From Takakia lepidozioides (taxonomy: Eukaryota; Plantae; Bryophyta): DNA of 64,000 nt. Numbering within the stretch: the stretch's first letter is position 1; each line of letters starts with the position of its first letter. The position numbers and the translations under genes were made by a program. The notes under the pieces are model-generated. The model did no database searches. It was not told where the DNA came from and saw only the letters and a program-made list of their open reading frames with translations. This document shows, piece by piece, positions 1 through 13,600 of the stretch. The stretch covers positions 12,338,001 to 12,402,000 of the forward strand of contig CM060733.1 in assembly GCA_030704615.1 (NCBI GenBank), written 5' to 3'.

Positions 1-79
1 GCACATACACCTAGATTGAGGCACATCCACAATTTTGTATTAGATGAATTGCAATCACAAATTTTGAAAAGGATCTTAC

Positions 80-3000
80 CAGTTTAGCATAAGACATAGA
101 GTCAATGACATGCTTGATCGATTCCAAGGGTTGGTAATGCCGGGAAGTATCTGCTCCATTCCACCAAACACATACGTAAAGCAATGATTAAATTAGTAGC
201 ACCATGAAATCCACAAGGAGGTGACTCATTCACATACTTTAATGAAACAGCTGCATAGGGCCAAAAGAAGTGACAAATGAGAGAAAAACAGAATGCGTTG
301 CTACTGTGGTCGAAGGGATGCCAATTTAATAAGTGGAGCTACCCTACACGGGAAGGTCAATCTTATCGTATCTGTATATCTCTTTCCCATTGCATCATTT
401 TCATTGAGAAAGCCTGCTTCAATGTGTTTACAAAGCCTCCTAGACTAAGCAAAAAGAAATACAACAACAATAAAATAAATCTCATGAAGAGAGCATCTCT
501 GCATCTCTTTCAGTACTATTCTGGCAACTTTAGTGAGAGAGAGAGTAGAGCATACCAATCAGGAGTCCACGGTAGGCAAAGCGAGGATAGTCTTCGATTA
601 CCCAAGGAGTGCTATCTATCTGTATGGTTCGTGTTGTAAAGTTGAAGGCCGACAGCTGACTGAATGTCTACACACAGAGACATCAAAATTCATTCTTCAC
701 TAGCTACTCTCCCATGGTCTGCTTTTCTCAGATCCCAGGGAATTTTCTATTTGTATCAACCCATTAACTCTATCTACTGATGTACTTGGAAAATGATGTC
801 CAAGAAATATGGTCTTATCCCATCAAACCCTCTTAATCCTTGCCACAATTGGCATAAAGCTTCATTCGCAGGTTGCTTTGTGCAGTTGGAAAGAAGAGGT
901 CCAACCATGTTGGTTATAATGGGTGGGACCATTGCAACTGCAAGGGACGGTGCATTTCTTCACATACGCAGACCATAAATGCAGCTCAGGTTACATCTCA
1001 AAAAGAAGCAACCAAATTTTGGGCATTTAGGTACTGCTCTCCAAGCTGAAATAACTGTCTTCCTTCATGAAGTGCCTCCCCAAAGCAGGGGTCAATGAAG
1101 GCACTGCCGAGCCCCCTAGCTCTTTGCAGGGCCTCTCAAACTTGTGTTACATGACTTCCTGTTCTCCCCTGGACCCAGTGTCGGACTAAATTAACGGTAA
1201 CTATATATGAATTCTACATCCTGTAGGAAGCATTTACCAGGGAAGATGACTGTGTGCGCTTTTTGTTAAAGATTGATAAATAGAGATTGAATAGGAGCTC
1301 CTTCACCACGTCACGAGTGTGTGCTATGCATAGCCCGCTTGTGGAATAAGTGATTGAGATCTGGTTTCAGAGAGAGAATATATATCGATATTGATAACTA
1401 CATAAGGTGATTATCTCGATCAACCAAACCATCCAGACAAGCAGAGATCTCTATTTCACAAGTAGCAGCAGAGAAAAGGTACCTCAAGCCCCCGCAATGC
1501 TCCATACACAGTCGCCGCCTGCCAGCACACCTCCCCTCTTAAGTCCCTCTCTCCCTCGATATAATGTGACTGGAATAGTCACAGCTGCCGCCAAATTGGG
1601 GGCCACGGCAGCATTGCTGCAGTCAAATTATATTTCCTAACAAATTATCCATAGTGCGTCGCATAAACATTCCAGTCCCTGTAATGGTTTGGGCTGTGCA
1701 AGAGCTCTGTAGAAAATTTGACCAAGTATTCATAAAACACCCCACAAGCGACTTCACAAGAGTTGCTATGCGGCTTGGACTACGCCATCAAGGGAATGGC
1801 CAAGCTTCGCAGGGAATGATTCAATTCTCTCTCTCCCTGCCTCTCTTGCATACACCACGAGTCCGTCGTGTTAGTAACCAACTAGATCACTAGAAAAGCT
1901 ATCATTATTTTTGACCGTTGAGACCTCTCATACTGAGATGGTCACCCAAGCAGGACTGATTAAATATTTCCAGGAGGATTGCAGGGGTATGATGTGTATT
2001 CAACGGTAAAGCGGTTCATCCATGAGGCATTCTGAGAATGCGTATGAACATTGCAGAAGCAATGCCCCAAGCACCCTTCTCCTCTTTTCTACCTGGCCTG
2101 AGCACATCTTTTCAGTTGAGAAAGGGAGAATCAAAGACAAAAAATGTAAATACTGGTCCAATGGTAGTCATCATACCTGAAGCAAGGCAGACATGGGATT
2201 TTCAGGGTCAGGTACTTGCAGAGTGTATGATTCGTCAACTTCATATTGCAGCTGCAGATGGATACAACAATAGTTGATGATAACAGGGATATACCTCCAC
2301 AAAGTGACTAAACTCCAAGTTGATGACATTTTGTTTCTCTGTAAATTCAGACTACATGGGTTGGAACCAGAGCAGCGAGTTCTGGACAAGTATGGAGATT
2401 CAGCTAACCAACCCAAAGTCTTTTTCAAAAGCCCATGATGTAATCACTCACCTGTCTTGCAAACATGGGCATGGCAAATCTGGGTGCTTTATATGGTCAT
2501 ATTTCAAAGGCTTGCATTGTTACATTTTGCTTCTGCGTTCACGTGGACCACAGATAATATCTTCTCTGGCGATCTTCATTTCCGATTCACATATGTTCTA
2601 GGATTTGCTTGAGGTTGAAGCAGGTCCTTAATTTCAGTGGGGGTGAATTAACAAGTCTGTTCAGACATATGTACGCAAAGTGGATGCATTTGAAGAGAGA
2701 GAGATGACGCCTGTCTGAAGATAGAAGTTGGTGCAAATAAGAGCCTCTTCCCCTTGCGTGTATTGCTCCCTAACGGGAGTGGCAGGATCTATCTACCAGG
2801 TGACTAGTTGTCCGCTTTCAATCTTGTGTTTATTGAGAATGAGTGCTGTAAGGGATCTGATATCAGTTAAATGTAAGGCAAGACATATTGTTGTGGGGAA
2901 GTTTTACGTCTTGTTACAAATTATAAATATTGTGGCCATGGCCACCGCCTCTACACCATTTCAATGTACTAATTGCGAATTGGAACAATACCATCACATT

Positions 3001-3608
3001 TCCAAAGACTTGATCCTCTGTCTTTTCAAGGAACCAGGGACGAATCCAATGCAAATTGCCTGTTCAATAACACAGCACACATGGTCGCCTCACATTTCGA
3101 TTATCGACAGGAAGACTAGAAACTCAGTGCAGCATTTGTCCCCAGGTTTATTTCTTAAAAGAATTGTTCCAGCGGTCTTGCGCTAGCGTCTTGGAAATGG
3201 ATGGTCTATGGAAATTACCTCTTCATCTGAGCTGTCCAGGCTCACAACTAATTTCTTCAGAAGAGCGGCATCGCTGAATTCGCCCTTGAACAACACATGC
3301 TGCTTGAAGATGATATCAGAATACCGCAAGAAGGCCCCAGAGAGAGTCTTTGGCGGTTCGTCATCTGCAGACACAAAGTCGAAATCCTTGGCCAATGTGA
3401 GAGTGTCCCACCCACTCGTTGCACTGGCTGGCATGGGCCAAATGAGCACACTTTCTTGGACTACAGAGTTGAGCGAGGGCCTTTCAGCATGTCGGTCAGT
3501 GGGCTCGCTCAAAACGTACTCGTACTTGCCATTTGCTGCCACCCCCTTGATGGCCATAGCTGCCAGCACGAGAGCTAGCTCCACTGCCAGAGCTTGAACT
3601 TGCCTCAT
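80..3608 (-). CDS. HEXO: Beta-hexosaminidase (GH20), 5' part; gene continues beyond the left window edge
   Basis: GT-AG exons read on the - strand: 3219-3608 (signal peptide, IWPMP...DSSDEE), 2177-2251 (LQYEVDESYTL...), 1483-1518 (AATVYGALRGLE), 556-667 (TFSQL...DYPRFAYRGLLI), 80-150 (DTSRHYQPL...MSYAKL). Exon phases join in frame; motifs match plant HEXO1/3. Confidence 0.95.
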
Positions 3609-3760
3609 CTCTCACTGCTGACAACTCTGGAATATGGGTTACGACTTACGACTCACGAGGCGCTTGATTGCCTCTTACACATTAGAGTCCAGCGCAGAAT
3701 ATATAGACTGTCGAAGAAGATTACTTTGTAATCACAGCTTCCTCGTGGACTGTAGCACGG

Positions 3761-3915
3761 ATGGAATATGGCGTTTGGCTCCCCAGTTTCCACAGTCCGA
3801 GAGTGTCTTCTAAGTATGCGCAATACGGAGTCAAATTAGAGAGAATGTCGAGGGCCATTCCTTCCATTCCTTCACTCTTACGCCGAAGGCTGGGGAGCCA
3901 AAATCCATACTCCAT
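3761..3915. repeat. Imperfect ~29-bp inverted repeat (hairpin) upstream of HEXO
   Basis: ATGGAATATGGCGTTTGGCTCCCCAGTTT (3761-3789) pairs with 3887-3915 with 3 mismatches and 2 G:U pairs; loop about 95 nt. Confidence 0.7.
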
Positions 3916-5895
3916 ATAGAGGCCAGCCAATCTCTTCTCCTCAGAAGTCCTTCTCGAATCTCCACCTGCCATCCGTTGTCAGACTCTGACACGGCCAAAG
4001 TGAGGCAGGCTCGTACATGCAAGGGTGTTGAAGACGCTTCTCCAGGTGCTCGGGGTTCAAATCCTTATGGCCTGGATACTCCTGTTGGGTTCTTTCTTCT
4101 TTCCCTCTTTTGCAAGGCCGTCGCAAAATCCCCATTGGCACCTGATCCTGGCTCGGCAAGGTGACGAGTCTGCGTCGACGTGAAGCTATCACCATCATTC
4201 TGGAAACGACACTTCAAGAATAGTAAGTCTGAAGCATCGCTTCACGCTGGTTTGCTTCTCGTGACTCTGACAATGTTTTTCTCATGTGGGTAGTTCGATG
4301 AAGCTTTCGATCACAGTGACCGGAGTTACCACTACGTGTACGTTTATCGTGGAATAACTTAAGGACACTTGGGTGATTTCATGACCCATCAAAGGGTACC
4401 GGAACTTCTTTGGACGCTGACAAGAACACCCTGCCCTTGGCAACTTTGAAACGTTTACGACAAGCGGAGGGACTATAAGTGGTAAGGAAAATTTGACAAT
4501 TGACTTTCCACCCTTCTGCTGATGTGATGAGCATCAAAGGGTTCATTTTCTTCCCATGTTTCTGTGAGCGTGACTCGTTTAATCTGCGTAGTCTGAATGA
4601 TATAGGTCAACTCCCTCAAATTGATCATCTGTCACAATGATATATCAGAACTAACTTATATCCAGATCACGAGAAGCCACATGAAAGTTCGTTAATATTG
4701 GTCAACAAACTTCAAAAATTGCATCGATACATGCTCTCTCGTCTCTCTTGGTCGCACCCAACCACCTCGATCACCATAAACTCCAAAAATTTCTTTGAAA
4801 CCTCGAGTCGAGTGCTAGCAATTCAATATCCGAGAGTGTTTTCCCCTTTTCTTTTCTAACTTCAGCATCAATCTAGTTCCCTCGAAGACCACAAATCCTC
4901 TTTCAGAGTCCACGATGCAAATAACCATGGCACCCGTTAGCCGTGGCTGTCGGCAAGCTGCATGGAGGAAGAAGATGAGGCACCAAAGAAATTTTTGCTC
5001 TAGCTAGTTGTAGCATGGACTCATCGTGGTGTTCAAGAGCTTTTTGATACATCCCCCACTAGATCAATCCACGGACCCCTGATAAACCCCGGTGCTACTG
5101 TAGTTCTGCAGATTTAAAATCTGCAGCCTCAGCGCCCAGGACCACCCATGTACTGCAATCAGATCGTTGTGGTTATAATACTCCTCTCCGCAACCTGCAG
5201 CATCAAACCGATGTAAATTGACAAATAACAGCGACGAAGCCGCAGAATCGCTTCTACCAGTTGATGATCCCCCGGATCAAGATCTTCAGTCTAACGCAAA
5301 TCTCTCAACTCACCGGTGGTGAGCAGTCTTGGTATGGCGACTCGGTCATCCGTCTAGAGTTGTATGGTGGCCAGCAAGGGTGGTGAATCCTTGACACACC
5401 AGCACAACCCTGAACTAAAAGACCACTACTCTGCACCTCCACAATAAGCCGATCACCGGTCTCATGTCGTAATCCTACTTGACATTCTGTTCTTTGACTT
5501 CCGATTATACATGTACCGATTCTAGTTGAATTGTTCAAAGAACACGGCAAGACTTGGGAACTAATAAGTCATGTTCGAAAGAAGAATGAATCCTGTGAAC
5601 ACACTGAAATGTGTTGTTGGCAGGCTGACTAAGAACGAGACTCTTTTGAACGAGAGAGAGTTGGAGAGTTCAGAGCGGGTGTGCGAGGAAGCTTCTCCGA
5701 GACACTTATGAAATAATGAGAAGATCACTTATTCCAGTCGATCATCCAGCAGACGTTCATTGGTGGGGGTTGAGTGTGGGCATGTGCAGGCAGAAGGTCA
5801 TCCAAAATGGATGGATGCTGTCCAGGGCTGTGGTCTTCTCTTGACAGTGCAGGGGGGCAGCGAGCAGCAGGACCTCGGCAGCTTGATGGGCGGCC

Positions 5896-7659
5896 ATGAG
5901 CTCTGGACTGGGGAGGGCTTCGAGTGGCCGCAATGGAGGAATGGCTTGCGGGGTAGCAGGGATCTGCGGGCGAGTGCGATGGAAGCAGGCCAAGAAGGAG
6001 AGGGAGAGAGACAAGGAGAAATGGAGCTCCAGGATGAGCGCATCCAGCATACCAGGCAGCAGGCATGCTGGCCTCTGGGCTGCGGTGGTCATTGCATCGC
6101 TCTCGCTCTTGGTGGTGATCAGTAATGCAAGCCTGATCGCGTCGCACTTCGCGAGCAAGGAGGCGAAGGCGAGGGAGACACCGGTGAAGGTTGTGGGAGG
6201 ACGAGAGGGGCTGTCTGCAAACCTACGGGCGCAGGGGAGGGGGATGAAGCTTGAGACTATTGAGAGTTTGGAGTCGAGTCACGGAAGAGGAGGGTACTCA
6301 CTGAAGCCTCTGCCACCGTCTTTGAGCTTCTCTGCGATTAATACACCTCCGCGTCCGCATCCTTGCCGCGGGTTCACTCTCCCACCTCCACCTGCCGACA
6401 AGAAGAGAACAGGTCCTCGTCCTTGCCCTGTTTGCTATCTCCCTGTGGGTTTGGCGATGCAACAGATGCCGGCTGCTCGACACTTTGTCTCCCCTGTTCT
6501 GAAGCACCTGAGTTATGTGAGTGAGCCTGAGGCTGCGGTGCCTTCTATCGTTGGGGCTTCCGGATCTGCTTTTGGGGGCTACCCCACACTAGAGGAGCGG
6601 GAGCAAGCGTTCAAGGTTCAGGAATCGATGCACGTACATTGTGGGTTTGTGAAAGGGAGCACGCCGGGCGTTGGAACGGGGTTCGATATTGATGAAGACA
6701 ATCTGCTGGAGATGGAACAATGCCATGGAATTGTGGTAGCTTCGGCCATATTTGGAAATTACGATCAGCTCCAACAACCCAAGAACATCAGTGAGGAGGC
6801 CAAGAACATGGTATGTTTCTACATGTTTGTTGATGAGGAGACGGAGATTTCCTATGAAGAGTATTCAGATTTCCAGAGCACTAAGAAGGTTGGGCTATGG
6901 CATATTGTCTTGGTTCGAAACCTGCCCTACACTGATTCTCGCCGCAATGGCAAGATCCCCAAGCTCTTACTCCACCGACTTTTCCCCAACGCTCAATTCT
7001 CTCTTTGGGTAGATGGAAAACTCGAGCTTATTATGGACCCCTTTCAAATCCTCGAGAGGTTTTTGTGGCGATCAAATGACACTTTTGCTATTTCTCAACA
7101 CTATAGGCGCTTTGATGTCTTCGCGGAGGCTGAAGCCAATAAAGCTGCAGCCAAATATGACAATACCTCCATTGATGCACAAATCGAGTTCTATCGGGGA
7201 GAGGGTATGATGCCATACAGCTCCGCAAAGCTTCCAATAACCAGTGATGTACCTGAAGGTTGTGTTATAATACGGGAGCACACCCCCATTGCCAACCTGT
7301 TCTCGTGCCTGTGGTTCAATGATGTTGATAGATTTACTCCCAGAGATCAACTTAGCTATGGCATTGTGCGTGATAAGCTTATGGCAAACGTTCCCTGGCG
7401 CATCAACATGTTCTTGGATTGTGAACGCCGGAACTTCGTGGTCCAGGCCTACCACAGGGATTTGCTCGAACACAGGGCAGCCTTGGGGAGCTTGACAAGC
7501 TCGGGAACAGAGGGAACATCCGTGGGAGAGGTGCGAAGCGCACCATCAACCACCACAAACATCACTATGTCTAAGTCTGTTGTGAAGCCCCGCGTTTCGG
7601 TAAGGAAGGTTTCTTCTAGGCATAGGAAAGAGGGTCGTGGGAGGCACAATGGGCATTGA
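5896..7659 (+). CDS. DUF616 / MUCI70-like putative glycosyltransferase (type II membrane protein), single exon, 587 aa
   Basis: Uninterrupted ORF with a TM helix (LWAAVVIASLSLLVVI) and family motifs HPCRGFTLPPPPADKKRTGPRPCPVCYLP, VHCGFVKG, RRNGKIPKLLLHRLFPN, DVPEGCVIIREH, RDQLS, FLDCERRNFV. Confidence 0.93.
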   Translation: MSSGLGRASSGRNGGMACGVAGICGRVRWKQAKKERERDKEKWSSRMSASSIPGSRHAGLWAAVVIASLSLLVVISNASLIASHFASKEAKARETPVKVVGGREGLSANLRAQGRGMKLETIESLESSHGRGGYSLKPLPPSLSFSAINTPPRPHPCRGFTLPPPPADKKRTGPRPCPVCYLPVGLAMQQMPAARHFVSPVLKHLSYVSEPEAAVPSIVGASGSAFGGYPTLEEREQAFKVQESMHVHCGFVKGSTPGVGTGFDIDEDNLLEMEQCHGIVVASAIFGNYDQLQQPKNISEEAKNMVCFYMFVDEETEISYEEYSDFQSTKKVGLWHIVLVRNLPYTDSRRNGKIPKLLLHRLFPNAQFSLWVDGKLELIMDPFQILERFLWRSNDTFAISQHYRRFDVFAEAEANKAAAKYDNTSIDAQIEFYRGEGMMPYSSAKLPITSDVPEGCVIIREHTPIANLFSCLWFNDVDRFTPRDQLSYGIVRDKLMANVPWRINMFLDCERRNFVVQAYHRDLLEHRAALGSLTSSGTEGTSVGEVRSAPSTTTNITMSKSVVKPRVSVRKVSSRHRKEGRGRHNGH

Positions 7660-8063
7660 GAGATCTAGAGCTTCCAACTTTTCTCCCCAATTGGTCCAGC
7701 CATAGCTCAGCAAGTGAGTAAGCTTAGTAAGACAAGCAGCCATCTCTTTACTCTGAGGTGTGTGCACTACAGCACACTAGATAATTGAAACTCTGTTCTT
7801 TTACTAAGCTCTTGACAGAGCAGCGACTAGCATGTTCCTTGCTGACACATGCTACTTGACAAAGATGGCCTCCCTTGTACATTATAAAAGTGGATCGCAT
7901 TCTTTGAGAAGCAATACTAGCTTAAAAATTTTCATAGGGCTCACTGTAGTTACCTTCATTCACTATTCTTTGGGAATTGGATAACAACCCATCTCGGCAG
8001 GCAACTGTTGTCAGATGCAATATATGATCTGAATCTCGTTAGAGGTAATTCTTGACCTGATCT

Positions 8064-8230
8064 GGCTTGGGCATATCAGCAGATGCTCTGTACTTTGAAT
8101 AGTGTCTAGTTGCTAACAAGCAATGATATGACCTCGAGAGAGCTAATTCTTATTTCGAGTTACACATTGGGCTTTGGCATATCAGCAGATGCTCTGTACA
8201 CTTTGAATAATGCCTATTTGCCAACAAGCA
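8064..8230 (+). repeat. ~60-bp imperfect direct duplication
   Basis: GGCTT(G/T)GGCATATCAGCAGATGCTCTGTAC...AACAAGCA at 8064-8121 and 8170-8230. Confidence 0.8.
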
Positions 8231-10604
8231 CGACTTGTATTGGCATTTGTCAGGAACTCATTTTGTGATAAAATGAAACCACATGCTTTTGCAGGGTTCG
8301 GACACTGTCATTCTCTGTCCACCGTTGGGCTGTGTGATGATGTTGTATACACATACATGCACTATTAATCATGCACAGGCTGTTGTTAGTGAAGTTTGAT
8401 TTTGGGCATGTCTTCTTCCCTTGCCCACGAAGGAAGTGAGTGTAGGGGATGTACTCATAAGTGTCATTTCTGCTCTCGCACAGATCTGGTAGTGTTGTGG
8501 CTGAGTTGGGTGTCAAGCACAGTTTGAAACTCTTGTAGCTATCGCACAGCCTACTCTGTTACAAGTGTGATTTGAAAACTCTTGCTGGCCCTGAAAACAT
8601 TATTAGTCAGCCCCCACTTCCTTTGTCTTCCCCCACTTCCTTTGTCTTCCCTCTCCTTTGTCAAGTAAGTTCATAAGACTTCCCATTCTTTTCTCGGCTC
8701 CTACTTTGCTCAAAATCCTGACCATGGCCTTTTGTTGTCCAAAACTTCACCCCCCCCCCCCCCCCCACTGAAACCTTCCGGGTGCCATTGATAACTTTTT
8801 TTAATTGGCAGCCACTTACCATATGTGTCCAGGGAAAATTAATTACTCAAATCCACTGAAGGAAATGTAAGAGTACAATGGTTGATACTCACCAGTTTCA
8901 AGCAGCCTGCAAAACTGAGAAACACAAGCCTACATTTTGCTATGTACCATGGCCTGCCCACAGCTCTTCCCCAGCTGCTGCATGCAATCAGGCCTCGCCA
9001 TGCAACATACGAGGGGCTGCCAAACTGCCCAATGGGCTTCCTTTTTGGCCTCCAAAGAGACGAGGGATATGGACGCCAATGAATCCTCTTGGCACCTCTG
9101 TAGGTGGACAAACTGCATCCTCGGCATCATACCCACAGCTCAGACATATGGCTCCCTCTTGCAGATAATGAAACCCAACCCCAAATCATTAGCACTGGCC
9201 AAAACCGTGTGGACTCTCCCCTGTTAGAGGATGGTGGCGTCAGGTTGATTCTACCAATTAGACCAAAAACAAAGATTAACACAATTACCACTGGTTTCCC
9301 TGAGTTGCTCATTGCAAGAGTCATCATGGGGATGGAACAACGGGAGTGGTTGAGACAGAAAGAAATGTTACCTCTGCTTGACATAGAGACCTATTGAAAT
9401 CCTGCAATGCACAACAGCAGCACTTTCAAGAGGAGGATTTAAATGAGCACTCACAACCAGGCTTGATTCTTGCCCAATCTTCCAGTAATGGCTAGGTAAT
9501 GACACCAAGAGCTAATTTGGGACAATGCATTACCATTGCTGGCTGGACCAGTCTTGTTCATTCTGAATTGGGTGCAGAGTTTGTTTGCCTGGATGCCATG
9601 GAACTCAGAAGTGAACAAGGAAGATTAGATGAAAGAAATCTCATTCTGAGGACACAGTATACACTAATGACCCCTGTGAACAATGGGTACAACCTCCTTC
9701 CAGAGCCAGTTATGGGTGTAAGCCCAGCAAGCACAAGGCTTGCCAACAGCCAACCAGAATCCAGTTACAGGGAGCTGAGTATTGGATGTTCAAGCTGATG
9801 CAGAGATCACGCTAGAAAACACTATGTTGTCTCCAGCACTGTTGTAGTCCCCAATTTGGCCACAGATGTTACACTGGTAGCCAGTTTAGGAAAGGCCAGT
9901 TTAAAACAAAACTTACTATGTCCCCAGGAGGCCCTGAGACAACAGTACGACATCCATTCTGACTTACAAGGAGCAGAAATAGAAGGAAGAAATTTACTGT
10001 GATGTGAGAAAGAACTTGACAAGTATGACGTGCCCTGTATCTGTGAGCTCATACGTCATAGTGAGTGAAGCCCCAATGACAAATAATGATGCCAGCAATG
10101 ACACATAAATACACTGCTCAGGCAGTTCTCAGCTCACTTCAATTCTTCTACAGTGAAATTGTAACTTTGCTTTAACATTTTGAAGCTTCTAATCGAGGGC
10201 TTTCCTTTCCTTCCACTTCTTTGAAGTTGGAAGTCTGCCTTTGTAAGCCAGGCGGCAATCTATCCCTGAGCTGTAATCAGGCAGCATCTGAAATCCTATT
10301 GTGAATCACCACCTAACAACAGTCGTAATTTGATCTTATAAGAGTTACTACAAGTTCTCTAAAAAGGGGTTCGGTTCTTTGCAGAGAAGAGTGCGGCTCA
10401 ACCTGAGAGTCTCCACTTGCATCCCCATTAAAGTTGCACCCTACACTGACTTCTCATACTCTCTCTTGGTCATACTGTAACAGTGCTGTTGCAAGGCACT
10501 AGACTAGAATTATACAATGGTGGTCAATTGGCAATTGACTCCAGAAACATTTTCGTTCCCCAAAACCTGTGTCGTAAAGTTACAGTTGCATCTACGAACA
10601 AGGA

Positions 10605-13600
10605 TCACTGCCGCACTTGGGCATGGAGAAGATCAAGCGCCTGGGGCCGTTTGTAGTACTTGAGCAAGAGAGATGAACACACCACGCTTACTGATGACGC
10701 CGCCATAGCCGCACCGGCAACCCAAGGGGGTAGCCGGAAATGCGTGCCTGGGAACAGGACTCCAGCTGCTATGGGGATGCCTAGTACATTATATCCGAGT
10801 GCCCAGACATAGTTCAACCGAATTCGACGGAAGGTCTTTCGTGAAAGATCAATGGCAGTGATGACATCCTCCAAGTTACTCCTCATGAGAACAATGTCAG
10901 CTGCTTCAATTGCAATGTCAGTCCCTGCACCTATGGCCATGCCTACATCTGCTGCCACCAGGGCTGGTGAATCATTGATGCCATCACCAACCATCGCTAC
11001 AGTTGATCCATCCATCTGCACATTTGAAATTGAAGTCAAGATGAAAGCTGGATTTTCCAAAAACCAAACTCCTATAATTGGAAAACTCAGCCATGATGGC
11101 AGCTCGCACCCAGCAGGCAAAGATAATTAAAACAGTCAGGTTATTCTAAAAATTATTCAATGTTTGACGAATGCTCCTCGCCAACATTGCATATCTGATA
11201 TTAAATAAGCATAATTAATTTTGAAAACTCCATATCTGAGAACCCAATGACTCATGCATTCATAACTTGCCTCACAAAAGAGAATTCAATCTACTTTCCC
11301 CTCTTGAGTTTGAGTGTAACTGTCAACATGCTCACCTTACTCTCTCAAAATGCAATGGTGAATCAAAGCAACCAAGCATGTACTAACCACATTGAGGAAA
11401 CTAAGTTATGTCTACTGTGCAGAGAGATGAGGACAGCTAACCTGCAACTCTTTTACAATGTCGGCTTTGCCACTGGGTTGTGTTTCCGCATGGATAGTTT
11501 CAATGCCCACTTCTCTTGCAATGGCGTTGGCAGTTCCCCAGTTATCTCCTGTCACCATGATGCTTCGTATGCCCATTGACTTTAATATAGAGATTATAGC
11601 AGCTGCTTCAGGTTTTACAGGATCAGCAATAGCAATTGCTCCAATCAGTTCCTTGCCAATTGCAACCAAGACGCCTGTTCTTGCAAGAGTCTCAGTTTCT
11701 TGCAAGATATCACAGGCATCTACTGAGATGTCAATGCCAAACTCTGTCATAAGTTTTCGGTTACCAACTAGCACCTCTTTCCCCCCAACCATGCTGCGCA
11801 CCCCTTGTCCAGGAACTGCCTGAAAGTCATGGGGTTCCTGCAGCCAGCTTTCTTTGGATCCTTGGTCACTGTGCATAGTCTTTGCATACTCCATGACTGC
11901 TTTGGCCAAAGGATGCTCACTGTTGGCCTGCATCAATCAAAAGACCCTCAGTTCCATTCAGCACCCTCAATGAGGCAAACCTATCATCAAGTGGGCTCTT
12001 GGATGCCCTGGCTATTGTAAGAAAAATATATTCTCTCTCTCTTCTGTACCTGCCCCTCCTTCTACACTGATTCAGAACAGCTACAGGTTTCCAGGCTCTA
12101 GGCTTGACGGGTTACAGTTCTCTTGCGACTGAATACCCGCTTAGCAAAAATCGGGGGCACTTGAGGCCAATCAGGGTTTAGTTTGAAGTTGACACCATGA
12201 AGAAACTACTTAACGAGCATATAAACGCTCTGTGGACACTTAGAGCGCCCGGGTTAGATTGAAGTTAACACCAAGTAAAAGTACTCAAGGTTAAGGCGCT
12301 TAACCCTGCTTAATGGATTACTGCTCCATATTGAACTTGCAAGTGTGATCTGCTCAATTCTAATCACAGAGCCCGACAATTACACGGAAGTTTAGTCAGC
12401 TTGAAAACGTTATGAAGTAGACCTCAGCAGCAGCAACTGTCTCATAGAAGACTTGGAGAGCCACATTCTTGAATAGCTTGGTGCCCACCACAATGGGCTT
12501 TCCCACAGTCAGAGTTCCTGTCTTGTCAAACACCATAGTTTTCACCTGCATGTTTGAAGTTCAGTAGTGGGACAGAGTGATCAGTTATCAGCAAAAGGTT
12601 GTCTAAACCTTTCGGTGAGCAACACAGGGAGATGTCAGGCCTGCAGCATTAAGAATGGAAGAGGGGAGGGATAACAAAGCAGACAGAGGGGAGGGATGGA
12701 CAAAGGGAGGAAGAGAGTGGTGAAGGGGTGGTGGGTACTCATAAGACGTTTGCCTTGTGGCCATAGACCCCACGCCCAATTTGGGTGGAACATGAAATGA
12801 AATGAAATGGTACTTTATAACGTCCGCGGAAAGCTCATAGAGCTTATGGGACAAAATGGAAACATGAGAGAGGAACAAGTCCAGAAACCACAATTAATGT
12901 TCTAGCGAATGTCAAAGGGTGAAGGCCTCGTGCAGGTAGGCTGCCAAGCATTGGAAGACATCAGTGAGAGTTTGGGTTCCACTGAATAAACAGTGGAATC
13001 TCCCACGGATCTCGTAGTATAGAGGGCAGTAGAAGAAGAAGTGTTCTTCAGTTTCGATTTCCTGGCTGCGCCCTATGCAAGCTTTAGGCGGACCTCCCGT
13101 TGCAGGTTTTCCCATCTGCCAGTCTCTATCCGTAGGTTGTGGGAACCCACCCTGAACTGCCCCAATGCCCTCAGGAGGGAAGGAGATAAGGATGCTGAAA
13201 GGTAATTTGGTCTCAGGATTCTATTGTCGCGGAGCACCAAGAATGTCTCTCGATAGAAGTGGAGCTTTGTTGTGAGATTGGGTAGCTTCCAAGTTCTCTG
13301 GACATGTAATTCCATAAGCTCTCTCCTAATGAGTCTGTTGCGGTCATGTCTGGACGTGATGTCCACCTCATCTGGATTCATTGGTAATAGGAAAGCAGTA
13401 GAAAGTCCGTTACGTTGAAATAAGCTGCCACTTGAGCATACCAGGAGTTCCTGAAACCTGCAGCTTTGAGCCTCATAGATGTTGTGAGGGCCCTTGCCAC
13501 GAGCCCCTTGGGTGGAAGGGCCTGTAATCTATGGAGAAAGATTGTAAGCCGGAACAGGGCCTCGGATTGCAATGGTACACATGCGAACTCTGCCCCTAGG

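Noticed and set aside
4524-4596. Possible C/D-box snoRNA (GTGATGA ... CTGA, 73 nt)
   Set aside because: No terminal stem and no convincing rRNA-complementary guide; such boxes arise by chance.
5725-6158. Overlapping antisense and alternate-frame ORFs at the DUF616 5' end (and similar shadow ORFs over HMA5 and the transposases)
   Set aside because: Shadow ORFs of GC-rich coding sequence with no motifs.
8839-10052. Short ORFs and splice-like signals downstream of HMA5
   Set aside because: No recognisable domain, the best candidate intron is only 53 nt, and no consistent frame; probably 3' UTR or intergenic.
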